A stretch of 64,000 bases of DNA from a virus: positions 5,628 to 69,627 of the IMG/VR virus record IMGVR_UViG_3300000062_000003; one strand, 5' to 3'. Shown piece by piece: positions 1 through 7,801 of the stretch; position 1 is the first letter of the stretch; each line of letters opens with the position of its first letter. The translations under genes were made by a program, and so were the position numbers. The notes beneath the pieces were generated by a model. The model saw only the letters and a list, made by a program, of their open reading frames with translations, made no database searches and was not told the DNA's origin.

Positions 1-317
1 TTGTACAATATAGAATCGTTTTTATTATCGTTTTCAATACTTGCAATTTCTTTAGCTGCATCGAAGTCACGCACTTGACCACACCAATCATACTCACATA
101 ATTTGTTATAGAAAACCGAAAAGTCGTCATCTGTAATGATTCCAGCTTCGGCAGCGTCATTTAAGATATTAGCTTGCTCATCGAAATAGTCTATATCCGC
201 CTGATACTGTGTTTCTACTTGGTCAAATACTATCTTTGTGGTCACGATAGAGGTACCGATAGATATTCCGATTACTAATACTACTACTGCTAATGCTTTA
301 AAAATGTTTGATTTCAT
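1..317 (-). CDS. Hypothetical protein with N-terminal signal/TM anchor, truncated by window edge
   Basis: Manual translation from ATG at 317 (MKSNIFKALAVVVLVIGISIGTSIVTTK...) is open to position 1. Not in the ORF track because no stop lies in the window. Confidence 0.7.
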   Translation of the reverse strand, partial: MKSNIFKALAVVVLVIGISIGTSIVTTKIVFDQVETQYQADIDYFDEQANILNDAAEAGIITDDDFSVFYNKLCEYDWCGQVRDFDAAKEIASIENDNKNDSILY

Positions 318-343
318 AATGTTTTGAATTTATAAATGAATAA

Positions 344-535
344 TTAAAATAATTTTGTTAATTTGTTGAGCAAGTACGCCATGTACCACAATGCTGCACC
401 GACTAGCTTAGATATTATCAGATACAGAAGAAGGATGTTACCGCCTTCTTCTACTATACCTGCAATTAGTAAAATAGTTCCCGCAATAATACAGATTATC
501 TGTAAAATGATTAAAATTACTTTTGTAAGTTTCAT
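344..535 (-). CDS. Small two-TM membrane protein
   Basis: 63 aa with two hydrophobic stretches, co-oriented with neighbours, AT-rich leader. Confidence 0.65.
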   Translation of the reverse strand: MKLTKVILIILQIICIIAGTILLIAGIVEEGGNILLLYLIISKLVGAALWYMAYLLNKLTKLF

Positions 536-651
536 GATGTTATATTATTTGATTTGTTGTTTTCTAAAAAGAATAAGCCCCGCGTTTCACAATGAAGAGC
601 TTAAAAAGAATTAATTTTTAACTTAAAACTTTATTTTTCCAAAGTTATTAA

Positions 652-963
652 TTATGAATTTAAATACTTATAAACTAACAGTAAGTCATCCAAGGTTATA
701 TCTTCTCCACTTGTTAATACATGGGAATCTTCTAATTGAACAGTGACCTCCCTGTCATTAAGCATTATGAACGCAATCTTTTCAGTGATTGCTACTTTTC
801 CATATGAATCTAGAAAACTATAAGTTAAGTATGGAATATTGTTGTTATAGTCTTCGAAAGGATTACATGCAACAGTTATTCCTTTGTATTTTTCAAGTAA
901 CAAACGTATAATCTCTGTTTCTATCTCGCTGTATAAATTATTTCTTTGTTGTGTTATGTTCAT
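652..963 (-). CDS. Hypothetical early protein
   Basis: 103-aa ORF with phage-like composition; start codon 15 nt from the parS palindrome. Confidence 0.7.
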   Translation of the reverse strand: MNITQQRNNLYSEIETEIIRLLLEKYKGITVACNPFEDYNNNIPYLTYSFLDSYGKVAITEKIAFIMLNDREVTVQLEDSHVLTSGEDITLDDLLLVYKYLNS

Positions 964-977
964 CGTTTCAAGTATTA

Positions 978-993
978 TGTTCCACGTGGAACA
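978..993. promoter_or_regulatory. parS: parS-type palindrome TGTTCCACGTGGAACA (copy 1)
   Basis: Perfect 16-bp palindrome matching the chromosomal ParB-binding consensus TGTTNCACGTGNAACA; intergenic. Confidence 0.85.
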
Positions 994-1045
994 ATTTTGT
1001 TATTACTTTGGTTTGTAACATGGCTGTAAGACGTGTTTAATGATG

Positions 1046-1353
1046 TGGAAACTTACGGATTCGAACCGTTACAAACCTTATTTAGTTCCTATTTAGTTCA
1101 CTTGTGGGCGGATTCAAAAAGTATGTCTCCGCCCTTAGTGAGTTTTTTTTGCTGTTATAATTTGCAACCCCAATAATCTCATACGTATTTCGATAGGCTC
1201 AAATTCGGTTAGTATTGTGCATATATTTTCCTCCGCTCATTCTTACATTATTCCGCTATAACATTCATGGAAAAGCTCAAACGTTCCACACCGTTGTTAG
1301 GTAGTACTTGTTGTCATGGCATTTATAAATGTGTCGGTCAGTAGGCAGACCCC
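1046..1353 (-). ncRNA. Possible tmRNA-like or tRNA-like structured RNA
   Basis: 3' end reads ACGG-TTCGAAT-CCGT-A-AGTTTCC-A (T-arm plus acceptor half). Candidate 5' half GGGGTCT at 1353 would give G3:U70, but pairing is imperfect. Confidence 0.3.
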
Positions 1354-1394
1354 TGTTTCTGCAATCAGAGGCTTTAATCCGATGGCTTATACAT

Positions 1395-1410
1395 TGTTCC
1401 ACGTGGAACA
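1395..1410. promoter_or_regulatory. parS: parS-type palindrome TGTTCCACGTGGAACA (copy 2)
   Basis: Second identical 16-mer, extended to a 20-bp palindrome (ATTGTTCCACGTGGAACAAT, 1393-1412). Confidence 0.85.
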
Positions 1411-1553
1411 ATCTTATAAGTTACTAACATCCATCTGCTTATTTTTAATAACTTACGTTATTAATTTCAGCCATCCATTCAAAGAAATTTTAAAAAAACC
1501 TATTTTACAATAGTAAATAATTTGTATCTCGCTCGTACGCTTTATTTATACTA

Positions 1554-1561
1554 CAAAGTAA
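1554..1561 (-). promoter_or_regulatory. Bacteroidota-type -7 promoter element (TTACTTTG variant)
   Basis: Near-match to TAnnTTTG; one of four tandem leftward elements. Confidence 0.5.
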
Positions 1562-1857
1562 AGACTTATTTCTGATATATGAAAACATTTTTAGTTAAAC
1601 TATTTGCTTTTAAATGTTAAAACTATGTTATCAAAATATCTAAGAACGCTTTATGAAGTTGTTTGAAATTAGGTAGGTTCATTAGTTGCTTGTATCAACT
1701 GTATATTGCTATATATCACTACCTTTGCGCCTTATCACTCTACTACTAATTTGCCAATTTTCGTTACAGTTCAGCCAGTTTGTAGCAAGTACCCTCTACT
1801 AGTACCTAATTTCAAGATTTCAACTTTATTTCTATATGTTAGCTTTCTAACACGTTA

Positions 1858-1888
1858 CAAAGTAACAAAGAATATTTTTAAGTACAAA
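1858..1888 (-). promoter_or_regulatory. Bacteroidota-type promoter (-33 TTTG, -7 TTACTTTG)
   Basis: TTTG at 1885-1888, 19-nt spacer, TTACTTTG at 1858-1865. Confidence 0.6.
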
Positions 1889-2071
1889 GGAAAAAGTGTT
1901 AAACTTTTAGTTAAAAATGTAAGTCGGTTTTTTACGGCGTTGGTAGGTCGCTCTCCTAACTTCATTACCCAATCTAATGGTATGGATAACGATAGCATAT
2001 AATTACTTATACAATTAGCCTACATTTCTATTTCAGTACCTTATAAACTTGTTATCTCTCTAACAACAATA

Positions 2072-2079
2072 CAAAGATA
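2072..2079 (-). promoter_or_regulatory. Bacteroidota-type -7 promoter element TATCTTTG
   Basis: Exact TAnnTTTG in AT-rich intergenic DNA. Confidence 0.6.
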
Positions 2080-2300
2080 TGGTTTACTTTTTATATATGC
2101 AAGCATTTTACAAATTATTTTTCAAAAAAGTTTCAATTTATTTAGTAATCTATTTTAAGACGATATAAAAGACTTTATAATTAAATGAATATCTAGTATT
2201 ATAATGGATATAAAGTTTATTAGAATTGATTTATATGTATAAATATAGTGGTCATGGTGGTGGTGTGATTCAATCCCCCTGTCCACTGGATTACACAAAC

Positions 2301-2326
2301 AAAAAAAGGACTACCAAAAGTAGTCC
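2301..2326 (-). terminator. Intrinsic terminator
   Basis: GGACTAC-TTTTG-GTAGTCC hairpin followed by T7 on the minus strand, downstream of CDS 2351-2872. Confidence 0.8.
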
Positions 2327-2350
2327 CTTATCTAAAATATTAATATAGTA

Positions 2351-2872
2351 CTATAAACGAATCTCCTTATTAGTTCTAAGGTTAAATATTGCCTTTTGAT
2401 TGTGTACAACACCCAACTTAACCGCCTCCGCTTTATAGTGTACAATAACTGAACATTCCAAATGATAAACCATTTCTTTTGTATCATACCTTCCACAGAT
2501 AATTCCACCATTCCAAAGAGCAAATAAAACAGCACTCTCAATACTAGCTCCTTGCGTCTCTGCAAATGCAACTAAATAACCCTTTTTAGCTATGTGTTTC
2601 TCTTTGAATAAGTCAAAAGTAAATCCATTTGGATGCTCAGAATACAAAGTACCTACTAACTCACTATAATAAACAAGGTCGCTTTCTGGTATCTCAGATA
2701 AGTATCTGGATATTAAGCCCTCATTTAAGCGCAATACGCAATCAGTATCATACATAAATAAGTATCTCATACTTGTAGCTTCATTGCTTCTCCCCTGATA
2801 ACAAACATACATATTAACCGCTCCACCTGTGTAAAGATAAACATTTCCTTTTGTTAATTGACTTGCTTTCAT
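2351..2872 (-). CDS. Early protein; C-terminal domain possibly SAM-lyase-like
   Basis: 173 aa with its own promoter and terminator. C-terminal pattern GxY...E.SV.V..KAEA..L....Q.AI resembles T3 SAMase by eye. Confidence 0.75.
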   Translation of the reverse strand: MKASQLTKGNVYLYTGGAVNMYVCYQGRSNEATSMRYLFMYDTDCVLRLNEGLISRYLSEIPESDLVYYSELVGTLYSEHPNGFTFDLFKEKHIAKKGYLVAFAETQGASIESAVLFALWNGGIICGRYDTKEMVYHLECSVIVHYKAEAVKLGVVHNQKAIFNLRTNKEIRL

Positions 2873-2933
2873 AATTGTAATTGTTAAAATTGTTAATTTA
2901 ATTTGTTGATTATATCCTCTCTCGAATACCCTA

Positions 2934-2965
2934 CAAAGTAAATACTTTTATTTTGAATAAACAAA
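2934..2965 (-). promoter_or_regulatory. Bacteroidota-type promoter (-33 TTTG, -7 TTACTTTG)
   Basis: TTTG at 2962-2965, 20-nt spacer, TTACTTTG at 2934-2941; precedes CDS 2351-2872. Confidence 0.65.
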
Positions 2966-3202
2966 CATTTCATCAATTATTTTTCAATTAAAATCAATTT
3001 CCCTATTATACATATAAAAAGGAAGCAAGAATATACATAACATAGACAGCGACTTAAATACAGCTTGTTTAAGACATTATTATAGCGAAAATGATACATT
3101 TATATACTTACAGAAAATAATGCCTTAAAATAAAAAAAATCTAGTTTTTAGTAAGGTGCAAATTATTTTTTGACCTGAGAATATTTACCGCTGCTCTCCG
3201 AT

Positions 3203-3350
3203 GGGTGGGGGTACAGGGAAAATGGTTTTCGGTGCGGGGAGCTGTGGGTAGGTGGATACTCACACACAACATACATCCTATTTTTTTTCACGCATAATAC
3301 ATACAGTAAATTTCTTCACACAACATATATTCTAATTTTTACACAACATA
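3203..3350. other. G-rich patch followed by three ACACAACATA direct repeats; putative genome-end/packaging region
   Basis: Five G3-G5 runs in 3203-3255, then ACACAACATA at 3264, 3318 and 3341, within about 550 bp of non-coding DNA. Confidence 0.4.
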
Positions 3351-3379
3351 TTCACAATAACTTTCAAATATCCACCCTT

Positions 3380-3415
3380 AAAAAGAAAATCCCCCAGTAT
3401 TTTACTACTGAGGGA
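3380..3415 (-). terminator. Intrinsic terminator ending the left-arm operon
   Basis: Imperfect TCCC-TCAGTA/TACTG-GGG hairpin followed by ATTTTCTTTTT on the minus strand. Confidence 0.6.
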
Positions 3416-3440
3416 CACCTTGATGTAACATTTTAAAATA

Positions 3441-3878
3441 TTACCACCTGTTTATCTTATCTAAAGACTCTTGTATTGTCAGCTGCCACTCAAGTAATCC
3501 TACAAAATGTAGTACATCTGATTTGCTTGGTGGCTCAGGCAATTGTGATGCCTTCTCCAGCATACTTGAAGCTAAAGCATTTATTATATCTCTAGGTATT
3601 ATATAATACCTATCAGCTCCCCACTCTGGAATATACACTCTCCACTCAACAGGTGTAAAAACAGTACGGTCTACCATTTCCACATTTCTGTATGTGTTTA
3701 TGAAAGTAGTTACCAAGTTGGAGATTTTTTTGTTATTGCTAACTGGAGCTGTAATTAGTTCGGCAGCTAATTTTTTTATATAGTTTTGTCCTTTCATTTT
3801 TGCTGAAAGATTCTCTTCAAGCAGTTTTTGATATTCTTCCTCTTTATTTTTATCTTCTTTACTTTTGAAAATTCCCAT
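3441..3878 (-). CDS. Hypothetical protein
   Basis: 145-aa ORF in a tightly packed operon. Confidence 0.75.
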   Translation of the reverse strand: MGIFKSKEDKNKEEEYQKLLEENLSAKMKGQNYIKKLAAELITAPVSNNKKISNLVTTFINTYRNVEMVDRTVFTPVEWRVYIPEWGADRYYIIPRDIINALASSMLEKASQLPEPPSKSDVLHFVGLLEWQLTIQESLDKINRW

Positions 3879-3985
3879 TTTATTGTGTTTTTATGTTTGT
3901 CATATAAATTTTCTATTTTTGCTATCGCCCATATGGTCATGGGCATGCCTAGTACTATTCCTAATATTATTAGTATATCCAACAT
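3794..3985 (-). CDS. Small membrane-anchored hypothetical protein
   Basis: N-terminal TM then basic tail; overlaps both neighbours. Confidence 0.5.
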   Translation of the reverse strand: MLDILIILGIVLGMPMTIWAIAKIENLYDKHKNTIKWEFSKVKKIKIKRKNIKNCLKRIFQQK

Positions 3986-4158
3986 ATCTTTTTTGGATAA
4001 TATTTTAGTAACTCTTTAATTTTAGCTAGCATTGGGGTTGTGGTAACAGGATGTTCAATAACTTCTTTATACCAACCACTGACAACTGATGTATCAACAG
4101 AACCCTCATAGGGGTCTAAACCTGCTAAATACTTACCACTAATTTTATTCTCCATCAC
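3970..4158 (-). CDS. Hypothetical protein
   Basis: 62-aa ORF with overlapping start/stop arrangement. Confidence 0.6.
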   Translation of the reverse strand: MMENKISGKYLAGLDPYEGSVDTSVVSGWYKEVIEHPVTTTPMLAKIKELLKYYPKKICWIY

Positions 4159-4570
4159 TCATTACTATTACATTAAGCTGATTCATCCTACCTGGCATTG
4201 CATAATTAGCTATGTCAACTGGTGCGTCTTTATCATAGTTAGTAGAAGTTAATCTACCATACAGGTCATCAGTATAAGTCCCTGAGATACATCGTTCAGG
4301 AATACAACTTCCTTCATTTCTAAGAGAATTTAATTTACCTCTAAGCTCTCTTATGTCTACACTTACCTTCTCCAATTCTTTCTGGTATTCCTTTTCTGTT
4401 GGAGTGAGAATATTATGAGACCTTAAGACTTGTTCGATAAATACCTTCGATATCCCTTCCCAATCAATATTATCCTGACTACCTAATTCTACTAGTTTGA
4501 CTTGTATCTCTAGCATTTGAATTAGTACTTGTGCTAATTTACGCTCCTTGTTTTCCGAAGATTGTTCCAT
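4145..4570 (-). CDS. Hypothetical protein with coiled coil
   Basis: 141-aa ORF in operon. Confidence 0.7.
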   Translation of the reverse strand: MEQSSENKERKLAQVLIQMLEIQVKLVELGSQDNIDWEGISKVFIEQVLRSHNILTPTEKEYQKELEKVSVDIRELRGKLNSLRNEGSCIPERCISGTYTDDLYGRLTSTNYDKDAPVDIANYAMPGRMNQLNVIVMSDGE

Positions 4571-4952
4571 ATTCTACTAAATTATTTGTTATATATTTTA
4601 AAGTCATTTGTATTACTTCATAGTATGTGAATGTTCCCATGTATGCAACAGGCCTATCATTTACTAAAACTTCATGTGTCTCTGGGTGTACTTCTATAGA
4701 TACTCCATATCTCTTTTCTAGCCATAAGCTTGTTTCTACATAACTAGGAGCACATAGCTTCTCGTTTCCACTATATAGAAGAGATTTTGACTTATATAAT
4801 GCACCGTTTTTATAAAAGTAATAAGAGTCAAATCCCATTTTAAGCTTTTTGAGATTTTCTGATACATGTATATCACATAACATCAAAGTAGCTGATGAAT
4901 CACTGCATTTAGTGTATTTTTTCTTTTTGAATAAATTACTTAACCATCCCAT
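4539..4952 (-). CDS. Hypothetical protein
   Basis: 137-aa ORF in operon. Confidence 0.7.
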   Translation of the reverse strand: MGWLSNLFKKKKYTKCSDSSATLMLCDIHVSENLKKLKMGFDSYYFYKNGALYKSKSLLYSGNEKLCAPSYVETSLWLEKRYGVSIEVHPETHEVLVNDRPVAYMGTFTYYEVIQMTLKYITNNLVEYGTIFGKQGA

Positions 4953-4953
4953 T

Positions 4954-5181
4954 TTATAATAGTTTTATGAATCCACCTAATGTTATTGCTAGTAAAATGC
5001 CAAATATTGTGGTCAGGGTTGCTGACTGAGTGAACTCATTTTTTAATCCTGGATTTTCTCCTACACCAAGTTGTTTCTCTCTTTCTATCTCTCTGTATGA
5101 TACATACATCACCAACATATTCGTTAGAAGACATAGCATTAAAATTGCAAGAGCTATTGTTGTTAGTATAAATGTTATCAT
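4954..5181 (-). CDS. Two-TM membrane protein
   Basis: 75 aa with two hydrophobic helices; 4-bp overlap with the upstream gene. Confidence 0.7.
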   Translation of the reverse strand: MITFILTTIALAILMLCLLTNMLVMYVSYREIEREKQLGVGENPGLKNEFTQSATLTTIFGILLAITLGGFIKLL

Positions 5182-5576
5182 TGCTTATCCCAAGTTGCTA
5201 CACTACCCTCAAAGAAATCACTTTTTTTATACCCTTTTATATATTTCCTAAGTGTCTCTGTAGATACTCCAACTTTACGTGTTCCTGGCAATACTTTATT
5301 GCTTGCTAAACTTGTTTTATATACTGAGATTGGTTTACGTGCTGTAACTGGAAATATTTCATTAGCAAATTGACGAGCAGTACTTACTGTTTTAAATTTA
5401 TGCTTTACTTCTCCTTTGTCAGTGGACGACCAATACACTGTTCTTCCATCTACTATACAACAAGTTTCTAATGTTTCTATTAAATCTCCTTCTGCAAACT
5501 CTTGTCCTTTTTCAAGACAAATAACATAGTGGTCAGAGGTCGAATTTCTATATGATGTTATTCTACTATATGACAT
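5178..5576 (-). CDS. Hypothetical protein
   Basis: 132-aa ORF in operon. Confidence 0.7.
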   Translation of the reverse strand: MSYSRITSYRNSTSDHYVICLEKGQEFAEGDLIETLETCCIVDGRTVYWSSTDKGEVKHKFKTVSTARQFANEIFPVTARKPISVYKTSLASNKVLPGTRKVGVSTETLRKYIKGYKKSDFFEGSVATWDKQ

Positions 5577-6193
5577 GGTTTTAAATCTTTTTCTTCTATT
5601 AATGTGTAAGTGAATGAATTTCCATATATTTTACTTGCTTTTTCTGCAAGTTTCATTACATAGTCAAAATCACTTACTTTCTGTGATACTTGACATCCTG
5701 CACTGTTGGCTCCTACCACCTGTGAATTAACTCCTGCCTTGTGGTAGTTGATTCCAAAGTATCCGTATTCAGTAGTTGCTTCGTCCAGGTCAAGTAAATT
5801 ATCTTTGTTTCCGTCTCTGTAAACAATACATCCGTTACCTCGCTGACATAAGGCTCTGTACTTGCCATTGTGAAGGTCTAACTTCCAAATACTTCTATAT
5901 TGTCCTGGCTTTAGAATTGCAACTCCTTTTTTAGCTGATGGATTGTTCATATAATGAAGTCCTGGTACAGTTGTCAGGGGATGGATATATCTCTTCCAGT
6001 CACCCTCATCATCTTTATACTCAACTACTAAAAAGTCGTCAAATGTGTTTTTGTTTTCGTTATTCTTTCGCCCTGCCCTGACCCCGATTATATTAAGATT
6101 ATAACTCCCTCTTTCAAAATAGGAGTATCCTTTACTCTTTAGTATATCTTCAAAATTAGCTTGGGCTACTTTACCTAATAATTTTTCATTCAT
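5558..6193 (-). CDS. YkuD/L,D-transpeptidase-fold peptidoglycan enzyme (putative endolysin)
   Basis: GINYH-x11-SAGCQV catalytic His/Cys signature; LNIIGVR, FDD and PGQY motifs. Confidence 0.75.
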   Translation of the reverse strand: MNEKLLGKVAQANFEDILKSKGYSYFERGSYNLNIIGVRAGRKNNENKNTFDDFLVVEYKDDEGDWKRYIHPLTTVPGLHYMNNPSAKKGVAILKPGQYRSIWKLDLHNGKYRALCQRGNGCIVYRDGNKDNLLDLDEATTEYGYFGINYHKAGVNSQVVGANSAGCQVSQKVSDFDYVMKLAEKASKIYGNSFTYTLIEEKDLKPCHIVE

Positions 6194-6422
6194 ATGCTTC
6201 AGTATCTTTAAAGTATGTATACTTACATTTTTCGCATTTCTTTACTTGTATCTTCCAATATTCGAATCGTTCATCATTGGTATTTATGAAATGCCCACCA
6301 CAATATGGACATCTACCTAATATATTCCACTTGAATCTTCTTATACAGGAAAAAATCTTTTCTACAATTTTATTCATATTTTTGCAATGAGTGAAATGGT
6401 ATGTCAAAACTTTCTTGTCCAC
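6186..6422 (-). CDS. Small zinc-ribbon protein
   Basis: CPYC...CEKC motif. Confidence 0.6.
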   Translation of the reverse strand: MDKKVLTYHFTHCKNMNKIVEKIFSCIRRFKWNILGRCPYCGGHFINTNDERFEYWKIQVKKCEKCKYTYFKDTEAYE

Positions 6423-6765
6423 ACTGTACTAAAAAAGAAACAGATATAGTAGATGTATTTCCACTTTCAGTAAAGCTTAATCCATGCATTATTACCATAC
6501 CTTCCTTTTCTTCACCTTCTAAATTCACATGTACTCTTGCAGGAGAGTTTCTACAAATCAATTCCCTGGCAAATTCATTAAATTCTAGAACATATTCTTC
6601 AGAAGAGCTTCTGGTCAATAATTCTGCCATGGTTAATGCCCCTACCAGATGAGAAGGTATTGCCTCTGTGGGTAAAATATCTCTAAACAAATAGTACTTT
6701 CCTTCTTTTTCCTTAATAGAAAAATACTCATAGATAAGTTTATGCAACAAAGTTATAAAGTTCAT
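6370..6765 (-). CDS. Hypothetical protein
   Basis: 131 aa, downstream of TAATTTTG at 6790-6797. Confidence 0.7.
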   Translation of the reverse strand: MNFITLLHKLIYEYFSIKEKEGKYYLFRDILPTEAIPSHLVGALTMAELLTRSSSEEYVLEFNEFARELICRNSPARVHVNLEGEEKEGMVIMHGLSFTESGNTSTISVSFLVQCGQESFDIPFHSLQKYE

Positions 6766-6789
6766 ATTATAATGTTTTTATTATACATA

Positions 6790-6797
6790 CAAAATTA
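6790..6797 (-). promoter_or_regulatory. -7 promoter element TAATTTTG
   Basis: Exact TAnnTTTG about 25 nt upstream of the operon's first ATG. Confidence 0.65.
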
Positions 6798-6840
6798 CCT
6801 ATTATTGTTCAATATATCAACCTATAATAGTTAATAAATA

Positions 6841-6871
6841 AAAAAAGTTCCAGATATAAAATCTAGAACCT
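6841..6871 (-). terminator. Intrinsic terminator downstream of the tRNA
   Basis: GTTCTAGA/TCTGGAAC hairpin plus T-run on the minus strand. Confidence 0.75.
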
Positions 6872-6950
6872 TGATTAAGTGTGGTCTTTCCTCACAGAGC
6901 ACCTCCCTGTTTTTTTGTCCGAAAAACACCTCTTATTTCGGACATCTTTG

Positions 6951-7022
6951 AGCACTGTGGGAGAGTCGAACTCCCGTATCCACTTTACAAGAGTGGTGTA
7001 ATAACCACTATACGAACAGTGC
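6951..7022 (-). tRNA. tRNA-Thr(UGU)
   Basis: Acceptor GCACTGT/ACAGTGC, anticodon arm CCACT-CTTGTAA-AGTGG, T-arm GGGAG-TTCGACT-CTCCC; CCA not encoded. Confidence 0.92.
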
Positions 7023-7030
7023 CTTCCTAT

Positions 7031-7174
7031 TTACCTATTGGCAAATGTTTTATCTTTGAATTTAGAAGCTACAGCTTCATTAACCTCAAACTTACGTTTA
7101 CCTTTAGCACATATTCCTTCGCGAGTACCAAAGATATTTATAGGTAATGTTGGTTTCATTTTGTTTTTCTTCAT
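7031..7174 (-). CDS. Small basic hypothetical protein (47 aa)
   Basis: Manual translation MKKNKMKPTLPINIFGTREGICAKGKRKF...; fills the gap between a CDS and the tRNA; below the ORF-track cutoff. Confidence 0.5.
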   Translation of the reverse strand: MKKNKMKPTLPINIFGTREGICAKGKRKFEVNEAVASKFKDKTFANR

Positions 7175-7186
7175 AGTAGTATTGGA

Positions 7187-7642
7187 TTAAGGTTTTGGAA
7201 TTAAATATCTTAAAGCTGTAGTATCATATTTATATGCTTTACCTGTTTCATATCTTTCCACTCCACCTAGTTTATCTGCCCAATTCTCTGGGTATACAGA
7301 GTAGTAACTATGTTGTAGAGAAAACCAATCTCTAATAAGTAAGTGAAGAATAGATGGAAGACCTACTAAAGGAAGATATAGCCATCCTAAATATTTACTT
7401 TGCTTGCAGTGACCATACTCATGTAATAAAGTAGGAATGTTACCCTCACTTTTGGAATTTATTATAATACATTTTCCTAAAGAAATGCCTCCAGTCATTT
7501 TAGAACTATACATAACATTCACATCTTTGAATGTGAATAATTTAGCAGTACTGTTATAACAAATGAGGCTAATAATAAACCCTAAAGTGTTCTGTGGTAA
7601 CTGCCATAAAAACAGTAAAGATTGTATAATATATTGTTTCAT
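7187..7642 (-). CDS. Membrane-associated HExxH zinc-metallopeptidase-like protein
   Basis: WQLPQN, GISLG, LLHEYGHCKQ and E.WAD motifs. Confidence 0.7.
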   Translation of the reverse strand: MKQYIIQSLLFLWQLPQNTLGFIISLICYNSTAKLFTFKDVNVMYSSKMTGGISLGKCIIINSKSEGNIPTLLHEYGHCKQSKYLGWLYLPLVGLPSILHLLIRDWFSLQHSYYSVYPENWADKLGGVERYETGKAYKYDTTALRYLIPKP

Positions 7643-7762
7643 TACTCTAAATTTTATTTGTTAAATAAGCACCCCTTTCGTAGTAGAGGTGCTCTGCATA
7701 GACATCTAGGTTTGTGGAGGGTAACGGACTCCTTAAGATGTTCTATATCATTGTTGTATATA

Positions 7763-7770
7763 CAAAGATA
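7763..7770 (-). promoter_or_regulatory. -7 promoter element TATCTTTG
   Basis: Exact TAnnTTTG followed by a structured ~110-nt leader. Confidence 0.6.
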
Positions 7771-7801
7771 CTATGTCTATTCTAAATAAACAACTTTATA
7801 T

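Noticed and set aside
1071-1100. Amber-suppressor tRNA (AACTAAA loop with CUA) upstream of the T-arm
   Set aside because: The flanks (ATAGG/TAAGG) cannot form an anticodon stem, and there is no D-arm or matching acceptor 5' half at tRNA distance.
3970-4158. YLAGLDPY resembling a terminase nuclease motif
   Set aside because: Only 8 residues in a 62-aa ORF; insufficient to call a terminase fragment.
7711-7735. tRNA 3'-end-like GGAGTCCGTTACCCTCCAC on the minus strand
   Set aside because: No TTC T-loop or cloverleaf; treated as part of the structured leader instead.
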